From positions 18,724,001 to 18,788,000 of the forward strand of contig NC_043018.1 of assembly GCF_006345805.1 (NCBI RefSeq): a stretch of 64,000 nucleotides of DNA, read 5' to 3'. Of this stretch, positions 49,183-62,818 are shown piece by piece. The translations under genes were made by a program, and so were the position numbers. Source of the stretch: Octopus sinensis. Taxonomy: Eukaryota. How positions within the stretch are numbered: position 1 is the stretch's first letter; each line of letters opens with the position of its first letter. The notes under the pieces are model-generated. The model did no database searches and was not told the origin of the DNA. It saw only the letters and a program-made list of their open reading frames with translations.

Positions 49183-51759
49183 TTTGCAAAAAAAAAAAAT
49201 TAAATTGTGTAAATTTTTTTTTTCTATTATTTGGTGAAACTGATTGTTTTCTAATGCTAAAATTAAATCAATTTTTATGTTTTTATCCATGATATGGGGA
49301 AACAATTAAAAATGTTTTCAGACGCATTCTTCTTTAATAATAAAAAAATAAATTTTGCATCTATGAGTGAAAATATGTGCATGTGTACATGTGTGAATGT
49401 GTGTGTGTGTGTGTGTGTGTGTGAGAGTGTGGCACAAAGAGATGCAGAGAGAGAGGAGGGGAAGAAAGAGAAGGGTGGAAAGATGAATTATTAACAGAAA
49501 CAAAAAAAAGACGAAACAAAACTAAACAAAAATAGCTAATTAACAAAAATATACGTTAAAATCTAAATAACATTCCAGTTTGTTCATTGCATATTACAAA
49601 AATCTTCATTAAAATTTGTTGTTTTTTGTTTGATATATTATTTTGTTTTTCTTTGATTTGGGGGTTGCTTTTTAATTTTTTTTTTTTTTGAAACTCTCTA
49701 CAAGTTACTTGTTAATGTCAAGAACGGAAAAACAAAATGTGAATCTCAGAGTTTATTTTGTGATTTCACCTCCTCCTCCTCCTCTTCCCTCTTCTTACAC
49801 ATTTACACACATTTACACATATATACATATATATGAACGCACACAAATATATGTGCAAAAGGACGGACACACTCACACAGAGATAAAGTCATACACGTAC
49901 ACACATATATATGTGCAAAAACTCACACATGCACATACACACACATGCATATAAATTCATACACATACACACGCATATTAATTCATACATACACACACAC
50001 ATATATATTTACAAAAACACAAACACTCACACACATATATATGCGCAAACACACACACACTCACACACATATATATAGTCATACATGCACACACATATAC
50101 ATATGTGCAAACACACATACACTCAGACACATAAATTCATACATATACTCACACTTATATATGTGAAAAAACACACACACATTAATTCATAAATATGCAC
50201 ACACACACACACACGCACACACATATATTTGCAAAAACACACACATAAATTCATACACGTACACACACATATATATATGTGCAAAAACACACACACACAC
50301 ATATAAATTCATATACAGATACACAAACATACAAATACTAAAACACAACCATACACAGATCTATATACATGCAAAGATGCAAACACCAAGACACACACAC
50401 ACATATATACAATATTAAACCATACACACACACACACACACAAATTAAAAATATTCAAAAATGACACGCACACATGAAAAACCCACACATAAACATTTGC
50501 AAAAAACATACATACACATATTAAAACATGCACAGGAATATACCAAAGTATAGAAGCATTCTAATACTGAAACACACAAACATACATACATGCAAACACA
50601 CACAGGGCCTACGAAGTGGGGGTGGGGTAGGGGTCACATTGCATCTGGGACCAAAAATTTTCTGGGATCTTACAAAATGTTTGTATATATCAGAGACTAG
50701 CACTGACAAAGGGAGAGTGGCCCACAACTGAAACTTTGTACACACACACACACACACACACAAACACACATGCACACAACTACTAAAACACAGACATACC
50801 TCCACACGCAAACACGCACACATACACACACAACACACTCATACACTAATATTAAGACACACACACAATCTAGCCACACACATTACCCCTCCTCACACAC
50901 CTCTCTTATTCTCCCTCCTCTTCCTACTCCCCCATCTGGTCCAGCTTCACCCAAAGAACATTTTTTTGATTTATTCTTTTCATTTTTTTTTTAATATAAT
51001 TTTTTTTTTTTTTTTGTGAAAGGGTCAGGATGTTAGTGTGTAGGAAAGAAAGGTGAAAGGTTGTCCTTCCTCCCTCTCTCTCTCTCTCTCTCAATCCCTC
51101 TCACTCACCCTCTTTGTCTATCCCTCCCTTTTTCTCCCTCAGTCTATTCCTCCCTCCCTCCATCCCCCTCTCTGACCTTATTTTCTAACACCTCAGACAA
51201 GTAACTTTCTTAGTTACCACATTCTTGTCACTCACTTCAATAATTCTTGGCATAAATTGATTTTCAAAACCTCAACTCAAAACCTCTCTCCCCCTCTCTC
51301 TCTCTCTCTCTCCCTCTTTTTCTCTCCCTCTTTCTCTCCCTCTCTCACTACATTCATTACTTTCACCTCGATGATGGAATCAGATTGAATTCTAATGGAA
51401 TTTTGACAACTTTGCTTTTCTTGCACAAATCAGAAAATGAAAACAGAAAAGAAAGAAAGAAAGAAAAAAACATAAGCTTGTTGTAAAAAAAAAAAAAATA
51501 GAATTTTGAGGAATAAAAGTTATTGTCATTTGAGTCTTTGAAAAGATGACATCCTTCAAAGAATTTTTTATTTTTTAGAACTTTTTTTTTTTTGTCTTTA
51601 AAAATGGGAGGAAGCAGAATTTAAATATAGCGGTTCAGCAAACAGATACTGTTAAAATAAACATCTGACTGAAATAAGTAATAAGGTTGATATGAACAAC
51701 TAAAACTTTTAGCGGTTGTGCTCCAGCATGGCCACAGTCCAATGACTGGAAACAGTAAA

Positions 51760-51798
<39 letters not shown>

Positions 51799-53690
51799 GT
51801 ATGTATAATCTATGCTAGAACATTTCTTCAAAATTCCATGAAAATTTTAAAATATTAGGGCTTTTTTTTTTCTCCTCCATAAAAAATTTCAAAAATAATC
51901 TATAAATATCCATGTTCTGGCAAAAAAAAAAGACAAAATAAAATTAGAAAAAAAATTTTTTCTTCAAGTATGTCTTCTTGGAAAGACAAGTGGTTTTATT
52001 TAAAAAACAAAAATGAAACTGTGGATGGTCAACAATAGGCCATGCAGCCGACTGCTGACCATCATGGTGAATAAATCTGCATAAAATGATGACCAGACAC
52101 ACCATGATAAAAACAACAATATCCACAGTATTGATAATGAGCCCCAGAAAGTTGATCCGATTATTAAAGGTGCACGGGGTCACCTAGCAGCTATTGTTGA
52201 GGTCCATAGCAGACACAACTGGCTCAAAAAATTGGGACTTCACAGGGTTGTTTCTTCTCCAATTGATTTGTCCAGGAAAAGACAAGTGAAAAAAAGGGTT
52301 GATTACAGCACCACAGTGAATCCCAATTATTTGGTTGGCCAACAATGGCAACGCCAATTCAAGACGCTTTCTTTTAGAACCTGTATAAGCCATTATCAGA
52401 ATAGTACGGAGAATGAAAGTAGTAAAACAACCTCAGAGTAGAGAGCTTTTATAAACAGCTGCCACAGCTTCTAACTCGTTTCTTCTTCCACTTTCCGCAG
52501 AGATTGCTTCACAAAAGACTACAAAATCAGTTTAATTGTCCTCTTATGGACTATATTAATTAGTTGTTGCATTCGTTTAATTTCTATACACTGCATGAAA
52601 GCTGCAGCTAAGAAACAACTACAAAAACAAACAAAACAATTGGCTGTGTTTGTTTTATTTGTTTGTATTTATGTATTTATTTATTTATTTATTTAATGCT
52701 TCCTGTGTCATAAAACAACAATCGCCTCGCATTTCAATATGAGTTAAAAGGACCGACGTCTGTCTACTCATCTCTATTCTTCCAGCCCACATACAAACCT
52801 CAATGATAGCAGCTTACCATAAAATGTAGGCTTAATTAATAGCAAGAGAATATAACTGCTAAAATGTAGTCACAAAATGTATTATGGCGTAGAGATGGAT
52901 TGCACTGATTCCTATAGAGATAATGCACCAAAACGTAGATTTAGAGCATCAGTGATGTATAGACGTAGTACGCACTACCATGTACAGGTGAAGTACTTGT
53001 AGACAGAACGTGCATGAAGATGTAGATACAAAGTTCTTGCAACTGTATATCCAATTGTCTTTAATGTCGCCCACAAACACCTAGACAAACCAGAAGCACC
53101 ACCCCACCCACCCACACACCAAAGCCAGTTTCTTTCAGCCTTTTCTACTCTTGGTTCAAATACTAAATTTCCAGATAGACACCAAACTAGATTCTGGTGC
53201 TAATATTCTACCTCTGTGCCCAAAATTCTTGGCTGGGTTGTAAAGTTCTTCCAAATAAATGATAAAAAAAAAAAATCTATCGTCTCTCATCCATTACTTG
53301 CCTCTACTGCCCCCACACCAAAAAAAAAAATTAAAATGGATAAATAAATAGAACCTTCCTGACATACTAAAAGAGAGGATGCAGAACACGAAAACAGAGT
53401 GGAGGCATTACTAGACTGGTATGATGTACATCCATTCTACATCAGAATGGGATACATCATATTTGTTTGTCTATCTATGTACCACAGAGACTGGGGTAAC
53501 AACTCAATAACAACAACAACAATAACAATAACAACAACAACAGGCAGACGTGGAGTAATGAGAGTATGTCATCGATGAGGTAGCGAATGGCGACAAAAGG
53601 ACTCTGACAAACTGAACAAATTGATTGACCAGACAATTAATCAAGCAATCCACCAGTTAATTGGTTAAATGGATGACTAATTGAATAACA

Positions 53691-53836
53691 ACCTTTTCTA
53701 CTATAGGCATGAGGGCTGAAATTCTGGGAGAGGAGCTAGGTGATTATATCAACCTCAGTGTATAACTGGTACTTAGTTTATCGACCTAGAAAGGACGAAA
53801 GGCAAAGTTGACCCCAGTAGAATTTAAACTCAGATC
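53691..53836 (-). mobile_element. Family B SINE, 3' half, minus strand
   Basis: Reverse complement of gagtttaaattc...ggggtcaactttgcctttcgtcctttc...taagtaccag...gcctatagtagaaaagg. Confidence 0.75.
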
Positions 53837-53851
53837 AACAATAATAATAAC

Positions 53852-53891
<40 letters not shown>

Positions 53892-54028
53892 GTACAACAC
53901 CAAAAAAAAAACCAAATATATGGCACACTAGGCATAACAACAACGTGAACTTCAACCTGTTGTCTCTTGAGGTCTCTGGGTGAGACTTGGAGCCAACTTG
54001 TACAAATATAAAGCAAAAGTCAAACATA

Positions 54029-54087
<59 letters not shown>

Positions 54088-54927
54088 TTGAGTTTGGAAG
54101 CAGAAACAATCCCTGATTATAAACAGAGAAACAGATAATCCAAATCCCAGAACATATAAACAGGGATAGTAAGGAGAATGAGCACAAGAGGGGGGGAGAG
54201 ATCATGTATTAGAATAGCATCAATACAATCGAAATAAAAAAAAAACAAAAACAAAAACTTTGCACATACCCAGTGCACAGTGCTGCATTATGTAGTGCAG
54301 TGAAAGCATAGAATAAAAATATTACTGAATGATGATGACGATGATAATGATGATGACGATAATTCCCTATTTGCTACAAGGATGATGTAAAAGGGAATGA
54401 TATAAGGACAGATTATGATTAATAGTGGAGGTTTTTCACAGAATTGGTTCTGCGAAAATAAAGCAGGAATGGAAAACATCAGAATACAAGAACAATAAAA
54501 CAAGGTATCCTAGTATAGTGAATGGTGGCAGTTAGGGTCCCTTAGGGGGCCAATCAAGGAACCCAAAACATCCAAGATTGCTCTGAATGCTGAGAACCAC
54601 TGCTGTTCCCCAGTTATTTTCTTTACCCTACAGATGCATGCTGAGAGTTGGCCCATTCACCCTTAAAATTAGCACTATGTCTTCCACCCCACACTGTCTC
54701 TTCCACCCCACACTATCTTTTCCATCCTACACTGCCTCTTTTACCCTTTAGGGTTTCTTCCACCCTGAGGTCCTACGTATGGTTGCCTTTCTTCCAACAA
54801 CTACAGGTGACCAGATCAACATGGTGCTGGTCTCTCGGCAGAAGAGTCTGACATTTATACCTGTCCCAAGTCTCCAGTTGTGTGCCTCTGGCAGGGACAT
54901 GTCTCCATTAATAGGTACCCCAAAGAG

Positions 54928-55076
54928 CAGGGGCAGACTGAGCCATTGGTCAATCAGGCACTGCCCAAGGGCCTGGAGCTGCGAGGGGTCTGCACTCTAC
55001 ATGTTAACTTATCAATGTTAAGGGGCCTGGTAAACAGTTATGCCCAAGGGCCCTTATTACTCTTAGCCCACCCCTG
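54928..55076. mobile_element. 149-bp hAT-type MITE with 8-bp TSD
   Basis: Termini CAGGGGCAGACTGAG / (reverse complement) CAGGGGTGGGCTAAG differ only by transitions. Flanks CCAAAGAG (54920-54927) and CCAGAGAG (55077-55084) match at 7 of 8 positions; internal tgcccaagggcc occurs twice. Confidence 0.8.
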
Positions 55077-55955
55077 CCAGAGAGGTACCTTGCAGATCAC
55101 TTGTATAAGGACGATAAGCCCTCTGTTGTGAACAACAGCTCAGAATCAAAATTCACATTCAAACTTCTCAAAATCCAATAACACTTGCAATGTACTTTTA
55201 TAGAACGGTCAGCTTCTTTGGAGGGTAGCAAACCAATTCTGATGTATCATTCCTTCAAATCAATGCATAATGATAACGTTTCAATCAGTTCAGCAAATAA
55301 TCCAATGGATCAATATGTGAATGGAGCCAACCCCACCCTTTCTACACATCCCTCGACACAACTATGAACCCGACATCAATCATTGTGCCAACAAACCATT
55401 GAAGAGAGAGAAATTCATATTCATTGATTTGTCTGGAGTTCACAGACAGTAGAGAGATAACAAGCTCATATTTTAACACGAGTCAACTTTATTCAAGGAG
55501 ACTAAAACTCACACACTTAAAGAATTCAATCAATGAGATTTGAGAGCTGCAGATTTTTCTTAGAGTTGTCGCCAATTCTACGCTAACGTTGTTCTTATCC
55601 ATATTGCTTGTCGTGATTCTCTGCACGGCTATAATCTTAAATAAACCGTTTCCCTTCTATGAATGCGATCTGAAGAATAGCCAATTATTTAACAAGGCCA
55701 ACTGATAATAGATGTGGCATCGATGAACGGAAGATTGCAATGAATAGGCTCTCACGCCAAACATGCACCATTTCATGCCAAGAATGTATGTATGTTTATA
55801 TGAATGTGTGTATATACATGCATGTGTGTATGTATGTATGTATACATATATATATATACACATATATATATCTATATATATATATATATACACATACTAT
55901 ATATATATATATATATATATATCTATATAACATATATATATATATTATATATACA

Positions 55956-55987
<32 letters not shown>

Positions 55988-56033
55988 CTAATATATATAC
56001 ATATATATCATTATATATTACATATTATATATA

Positions 56034-56064
<31 letters not shown>

Positions 56065-56065
56065 C

Positions 56066-56101
<36 letters not shown>

Positions 56102-56870
56102 TATATTATATATATATATATATAATATTATAATATACACACACAAATATACATCTGCATATATATATATATGCATGTATATATGAGTTATGTATCTATA
56201 TATGTCTATGTATGTATTTCATAATGCGTAATTAAACATGACAATCAAAACAAAAGTTGTGGTTAAGGATCATATCAGAGAGTATAAACTCTCTGAATAT
56301 TTAAAAGAACGGAGGAGGAGGGCGATTATAAAATAAGGCTGTGATTATTATTATCATTATTACTGTTGTTGCTGTTGTTGTTGGTGTTGGCAGTGAAGTG
56401 GCATAAATGGCAGAGAGCCAAATGAGATACTTTGTAATTATTTAGGCCAGCATAGTTACTATATATTCTCAGTTCAATTCCTCTCACCCTTTCACCTCCC
56501 CTCCAGGGGTCAAATCAAATCAGTATTACTCAGCCCCAGTCATGCCCTGCAATTGAATCATTAACCCAAAGAAACTATTATCATTACTGTTGTTGCTATT
56601 GTTGTTGTTGTTGTTGTTACATAATGGTAGACTATACTTTCTTTTTTTTAAATCCTTCTGGTGCTGATAAAACCCATATCAGTCAAATGCTGGGGTCAAA
56701 TACAGTATAACCAACAAGAACCCTTACCCCCAAATTTAAGGCCTTGTTTTTTCTATCACAAATCATTCTCACAGCATTGTTGCGTCCATTATAGGGAGAA
56801 GGGTTGGGATCAGAAGTGGGGAAAAGGAAGAATTTAAGGCACAAATGTTCTCTTGTTCTCCATGTGAGCC

Positions 56871-57115
56871 TATGACTAAATTAATAAGGTTACGGCTAAG
56901 GTAATAACACTGTGACTAAAGTGACATGACTATGACAAACGTGATAAAATTATGATGGAAGTAGCAATGACTAGAGTGACAAGGTCATAACGAAAGTACT
57001 ATGACTAAAGTAACAAGACTAGGACAAGAGTAACAAGATTATGACAAAGGTGAGGAGGTCACATTTGAAGTGCTATGACTAAAGAACAAGATTATGGCAA
57101 AAATGACAAGATTAT
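56871..57115. repeat. Degenerate 20-bp minisatellite (consensus about TATGACTAAAGTAACAAGAT)
   Basis: About 10-12 units, the first four in exact 20-bp phase. Confidence 0.8.
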
Positions 57116-57193
57116 TTCCTAACGTAATAAATGTACTGAAATACAAGTATACAGTAAGTAGGTGAATGGATGTAGAGAGACACAGTCACAAAA

Positions 57194-57385
57194 CTACCAA
57201 CATACTATGAGTAATAGAGCCAAAACTATACGATCTATAGAACTACTAACATACAATTAGAAACAGAGCCGAAATTATACAATTTATAGATTTAGTAACA
57301 TATTATTAGTAATAGAGACAAAATTTTACAATCTATAGATCTACTAATAAATTTTAGTACATCCATGGCTGTACAATCTACAACA
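57194..57385. repeat. 49-bp minisatellite, three full units plus a partial one
   Basis: Units start at 57194, 57243, 57292 and 57341 (ctactaacata...tagtaatagagccaaaattatacaatctataga). Confidence 0.85.
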
Positions 57386-59601
57386 CTAATAATATACTCT
57401 TTGTACAGCCGAAACAGATCAACTGTGACTGTTGTTTTCTTTAGTAACCGTGTAACAAATCAAAGCTACAATTAATCCTGGAGAAAACATTAACATTTAA
57501 ATAAAGAGCTTTCAATGAAATCTGATGTTTATTTGCTTTTCACACTGACACAGACTTCGTTAGTTGAGAAATAAAAGTGATTAACATAATTGCATTGAAG
57601 GCTCTATTTTTCTGTTTCATTTTTGTTTCTTTTTTTTTTTTTTTAATTATTGGCTCAACAAGTATTTATATTTTGAAGTGTTAAGTTCAACAGAGAGAAG
57701 CCTGGAAAACACGACAGCGTTAACAGAATATTAGATCTGGTAGTGAATATGCTTTGCCATTGACAAACGGTTATTCCTTATCAACAATGCACAAATACAA
57801 ACACACGTAGATGCATATATTACGCAGCCAATGTACAAAGGAAATGAAACTCGTTATAAAAGACAGTTAAATATATTTGAAGATCAACACATGGACAAAT
57901 GTGGTCCCATGTCAAACATACAGTAATGCTTCTTCAAGAATAAAAACATATTTGAGATAGTTTTAGCATGAGATTATTATGTGCTGGGTTTATCATAAAA
58001 ATATTTAGGCTGATATTTATCCAAATATTCAATAGATGTGTATTTGTTGCCATGGGGAAAAGGTATTCTTTGCAAATATTTTTACATAAATAGAGCAAAG
58101 AAAATGAGAATAAACATTGTAGATAATTCTATAGATTCTATAGATTGACAGCAGGTATCAAATTCAACAGAAATACTCAAGACCAGCATTGTAACAAAAT
58201 TTGGACAATGCACCAATGCCAACAACACCAAACAGATTTGAATTGGCTTTGTTATGTAATACACAACAATGTAACAAATTGGCAGAATCATTAGAATGTT
58301 CGATTGAATGCCTCATGGTATCTGTCCCAATTCTGTTGATTCTGGGTTCAAATCCTGCTGAAGATAGCTTTTACAAGACAATGATTTGGTAGAGCTGTAA
58401 GAAAATCATGACAAATGCCTTATGTTATTTGTTGTAGACCTTCGTGTTCTAAGTTCAAATCTGACCAATGCCTATCTGAGCACTAAACTTAATCCCTCAT
58501 CTAGTCTAACACCATCACCTTGGGCACATCGTTTGCCTTTCACAGACCCCATTTTTTGGCAAGCAATAAGAACAGGCTTCTAGTCTCAGAATAACGTATT
58601 TCTTCCCTCCCTCCTTCCTTCCATTCCACCAGTCTTGGAGGCCAAGTAAATGGTCATGGGCATTGCATTGCCTTTCTTCCAATGGCCAAGAATGGAAGGA
58701 GGCTCTATGTGATAACTTAATACAGAAGAAATAGCAGCAAAATTCTTTAAATCACACTTCTATCTATAATACTAAAAACAGAACATATCAGACGAATATG
58801 GTTTTAAACAAATGGAACAGTCATGGCTGGAATGCTTTTGATTGTAGACCTAGGGGGCAAACCAAGGGTTAAACAAAAACAACATGATAACGGAAAACAA
58901 AAAAAATATAGTTAAAAATAATACATGATAAGTTTCTATAATTTCCCTGTGTACATAGAATAAATTTGGGTTACATAGTTCGGATGTTGTTCGGATATTC
59001 TTGGTCACAGACGACAACAACAGTTACAAGAATGATACTTTTCTTTAGTCTAAGACTTAATTTGGCTGATCAATATAAATATTCACATCTTAAATAGTCG
59101 AATAAAATAAGGATTTCAATGATTCCTATACAAATATGATCTTTGGAATCAGTGTAAATTAGGTCTGTATACATGGTGGTTGTGGTGGTGGTGGTGTGGT
59201 GGTGGTGGTTGGTAGTGGCAGCGATGGTGGTAGTGGTGGCTGCTGGTAGGGTCAGGGGTGCCAATAATGCTAATCACCAGCAGAATAGCAGTTAGAGGTA
59301 GAGGTACTAATAATGGTAACGATAGAGATGGCGGTGTTGGTGGCGGCAGTGGTGGTGGTCATGGCAGTCGTGGCAGTGATCGCTGTAACAATAAAGCCAA
59401 CAATAACAGAGCTGTCTGTGCATCTCATCAAAACAAATTATTGTTTAAGCTTCTGTGAACTGTTTATTATAGATATTGCTTTCTTGCTACCATCCATCAT
59501 TAGAACGACAAATATGTAGGTGTGCAAACAACTCTGTGTGTGTGTGTGTTTGTGTGTGTGTTGTGTATGAGTATGTGTGTGTACGTGTATGTGTCTTTGT
59601 G

Positions 59602-59636
<35 letters not shown>

Positions 59637-59740
59637 TGCATGTGTGTGTGTTTGTGTCAGTGTGTTTCTGTCAGTGTGTGTGTGCGTGTGTGTGCGTGTG
59701 TGTGGATGTCTGTGTGTTTGTGTCAGTATATGTGTGTCTT

Positions 59741-59784
<44 letters not shown>

Positions 59785-60049
59785 TGCATGTGTGGATATT
59801 TGTCAAAATTGTGTGTGAGTGTGTGTGAATGTGTGTGTGTGTTTGTGTCAGTATGTGTGTGTGTTTGTGTCAGTATGTGTGTGTGTGTGTGTGTGTGTGT
59901 ACACTGAACATCATAATGTGGAAGTAAAAAAATATTTTAGTATGTCAAGATCTTTTTTTTTTACCAACTCAAGAAGTTTGTAGATACATCATAGTTTTTA
60001 TTTGTACATGCATGTGTGTGTGTGTGCATATACACACATATATATATAC

Positions 60050-60089
<40 letters not shown>

Positions 60090-60307
60090 TACATATACAT
60101 ACATGCACAAATATATATGTAAATAAACACACATTTATAAATATATATATATATTATATATATATATATATCTAATATCTATATTATATACAAAAAGCAA
60201 TAAAGATTCAAGTTAATTTAAATGAATACTTGAATATGGTACCTAACTTAGATGCACCAAAAAAAAACTATACTGTTTTAACAATACAGTAATGTGGGGG
60301 ATTATAA

Positions 60308-60424
60308 GCGAGAAAGAAGCAACAAGAATGGATAGGTTTTTAGTACAATCGTTGTATGAAACGATTGTCCTTGTATGAAACGATTGTACTAAAAACCTAT
60401 CCATTCTTGTTGCTTCTTTCTCGC
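60308..60424. repeat. Perfect 46-bp inverted repeat with 25-nt spacer
   Basis: 60308-60353 is the exact reverse complement of 60379-60424. Confidence 0.97.
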
Positions 60425-60425
60425 G

Positions 60426-60463
<38 letters not shown>

Positions 60464-60958
60464 AACTTTACATGAATACATATGCATGTGTGTGTGTGTG
60501 TCTGTTGTGTGTGTGCTCTAACTTTTGTTTACTCAATGAAGAAGAAGAGGAGCCAATCTATAACAAAGAAATAAAACAGTTATCAAAATTTACACAAACA
60601 CAAAATAAAACTAAATAACAAACCCAAAAAAAAACTAAACACCTTCAAATAAAGTTGCCTAAGTCTTCTACTAGGTCTACTCTCTCTCTCACAAGATGCT
60701 TCTCATGTGTTGTTATTGTAAGAATGGTTGAGTGGTAGGAGAAGTAAGAGCAACAGGCTGTGCGTGGTATAGCATCAGGTTTTATCCCTATACGTTCTGA
60801 GATCAAATCCCGACGGGGGCGGGGGGGGAATTCAGATTTTAATCAATTTTGAAGGTTAATTAAAAGATGTACAAGTCCCAGGCATGTATTTAGTTCCTTT
60901 CATATTTTCATTCGAAAAGACATGGTTATTAATATACATATATATGTGTGTATATGTG

Positions 60959-60997
<39 letters not shown>

Positions 60998-61123
60998 CGT
61001 ATATATATATATATATATTATATATATATATGTACATATATGTGTATATATATGTGTACATATATATGTGTATATATATATATATATTATATATATATAC
61101 ATATATATATGTACATATATGTG

Positions 61124-61170
<47 letters not shown>

Positions 61171-61490
61171 GTATATATTATATATATATATACACCACAT
61201 ATATATATCGATATGTGTATTGCAGACATCAAAGAATTTATTAACATTCAAGAGAATATGAAATAATTCTTTTTTGCATGGCCAGGGGTGGGGTGGGACG
61301 GGTGGATAGTGAATCTTGAAACACATAAAGTTGTGAATAATAACAGGCAAATATTAGGTTAACAAATGTGACTTCATCCCCCCAAGGGCAGTCTTCAACT
61401 TTTTTCTATCGAAAGCAGTTTTTGAACCCAATATTTACATGATTTTTATGCGCTTTGAGATGCACCCTTCAAAAGGAAAAATACATACAT

Positions 61491-61530
<40 letters not shown>

Positions 61531-61692
61531 TGATATATACACACACATATATAGTGATATAAAATGTATGTATGTATATATCAATGTTTCTTTTTATTCT
61601 ATAAGAAAAAAAACAATTTTACTGAATTAAACTGAAAAATTACTCAATACATTTGGTAGAGTATAAATTTATTCTTTAACAAGAATAGTATT

Positions 61693-61739
61693 GACAGTGA
61701 ATTCGAAGTTTCAGCCATCTAAGCCATCATCAGACTATC
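61693..61739 (-). ncRNA. Minimal type I hammerhead ribozyme motif (orphan, PLE-type)
   Basis: Minus strand: stem I GATAGT/ACTGTC, exact core CTGATGA plus an extra T, stem II GGCT-TAGAT-GGCT (two G.U pairs), GAA, stem III ACTTCGAATT (one change from the palindrome ACTTCGAAGT), then C17. Confidence 0.7.
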
Positions 61740-61845
61740 CATATATACATAAATGTACACACACATACACACATGTATATACATATGTATTTCAACCTTC
61801 TACAGACACACACACAGATGTATGTATGTACATATGTATTTGAAC

Positions 61846-61876
<31 letters not shown>

Positions 61877-62309
61877 GTATGTACTTATATATATATTATA
61901 TACACACACACACATGTATGTATATATGTATTTAAACTTATATAAATATGCATGACAATCAAAATCAGTGTGGAGGGGTTGTTATAAATCAACAGAATTC
62001 TCGTTAAAAAAAATATTTTAAATGAGGCTGTGACATCATAAATTTTCAAAGTCCATCATCATTATGTTTTTCATTATTATTATTATTATTATTGTTTATT
62101 AATGTGCCTTTATTGTTTTGGTCCATCTTCCCCACCCCCCACTTTTACCCCTTGTAACTAAACCAGCCACCCATTTGTTTCTGTCTGTTATTGCCCTTTT
62201 TGCATTTCACCCTTGTACTGTCCCCATGTTTTCGGCCCTTGTGGCTAATATAAGAAATCATTGTGGCAAATACATTATTATTATCATTATTATTATTATT
62301 GTTATTGTT

Positions 62310-62740
62310 ATTAGGGCAGTGAGATGGCACAATCATTAGCACATCTGAAAGACTGCTTTGCAGGATTTGTTGTAGCTTTTTATGTCCCGAGTTCAAATCC
62401 TGCCAAAGCCAACTTTACATTTCACCCTTTCGGGGGCCAATAAAATAAAGTACCAGTGAAGTACTGGGGGTCAATTTAATTGGCTAAACCTTGCCCCTTC
62501 TACAACTCAGGCTTTGTGCCTATATTAGAAACCACCACCACCACCACCACTACTGGCAGAACTGTTAAAGCATCAAGCAAAATGTCTTGTAACATTGTTC
62601 TGGGTTCAACTCCAGCCAAAGTCTAATTTCTTGTTCATTCCTTTGGGATTGACAAAATAAAGTACCAGCTAAATTTTGGGGGGTTGATATAATCAGCTGG
62701 TTGCTTTCCTCAAATTTCTAGACTTGTGCCAATGTTAAAA
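62310..62740 (+). mobile_element. Two tandem family B SINEs followed by a (CAT)(ATT)n tail
   Basis: gagttcaaatcc...aactttacatttcaccctttcggggg...aaagtaccag...gtgcctatattagaaac, then a more diverged repeat of the same order. Confidence 0.7.
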
Positions 62741-62756
62741 ATCATCATCATCAACA

Positions 62757-62818
<62 letters not shown>

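Noticed and set aside
56871-57385. Regularly spaced repeats as a CRISPR-like array
   Set aside because: The units are contiguous and degenerate with no unique spacers, in eukaryotic DNA without cas genes.
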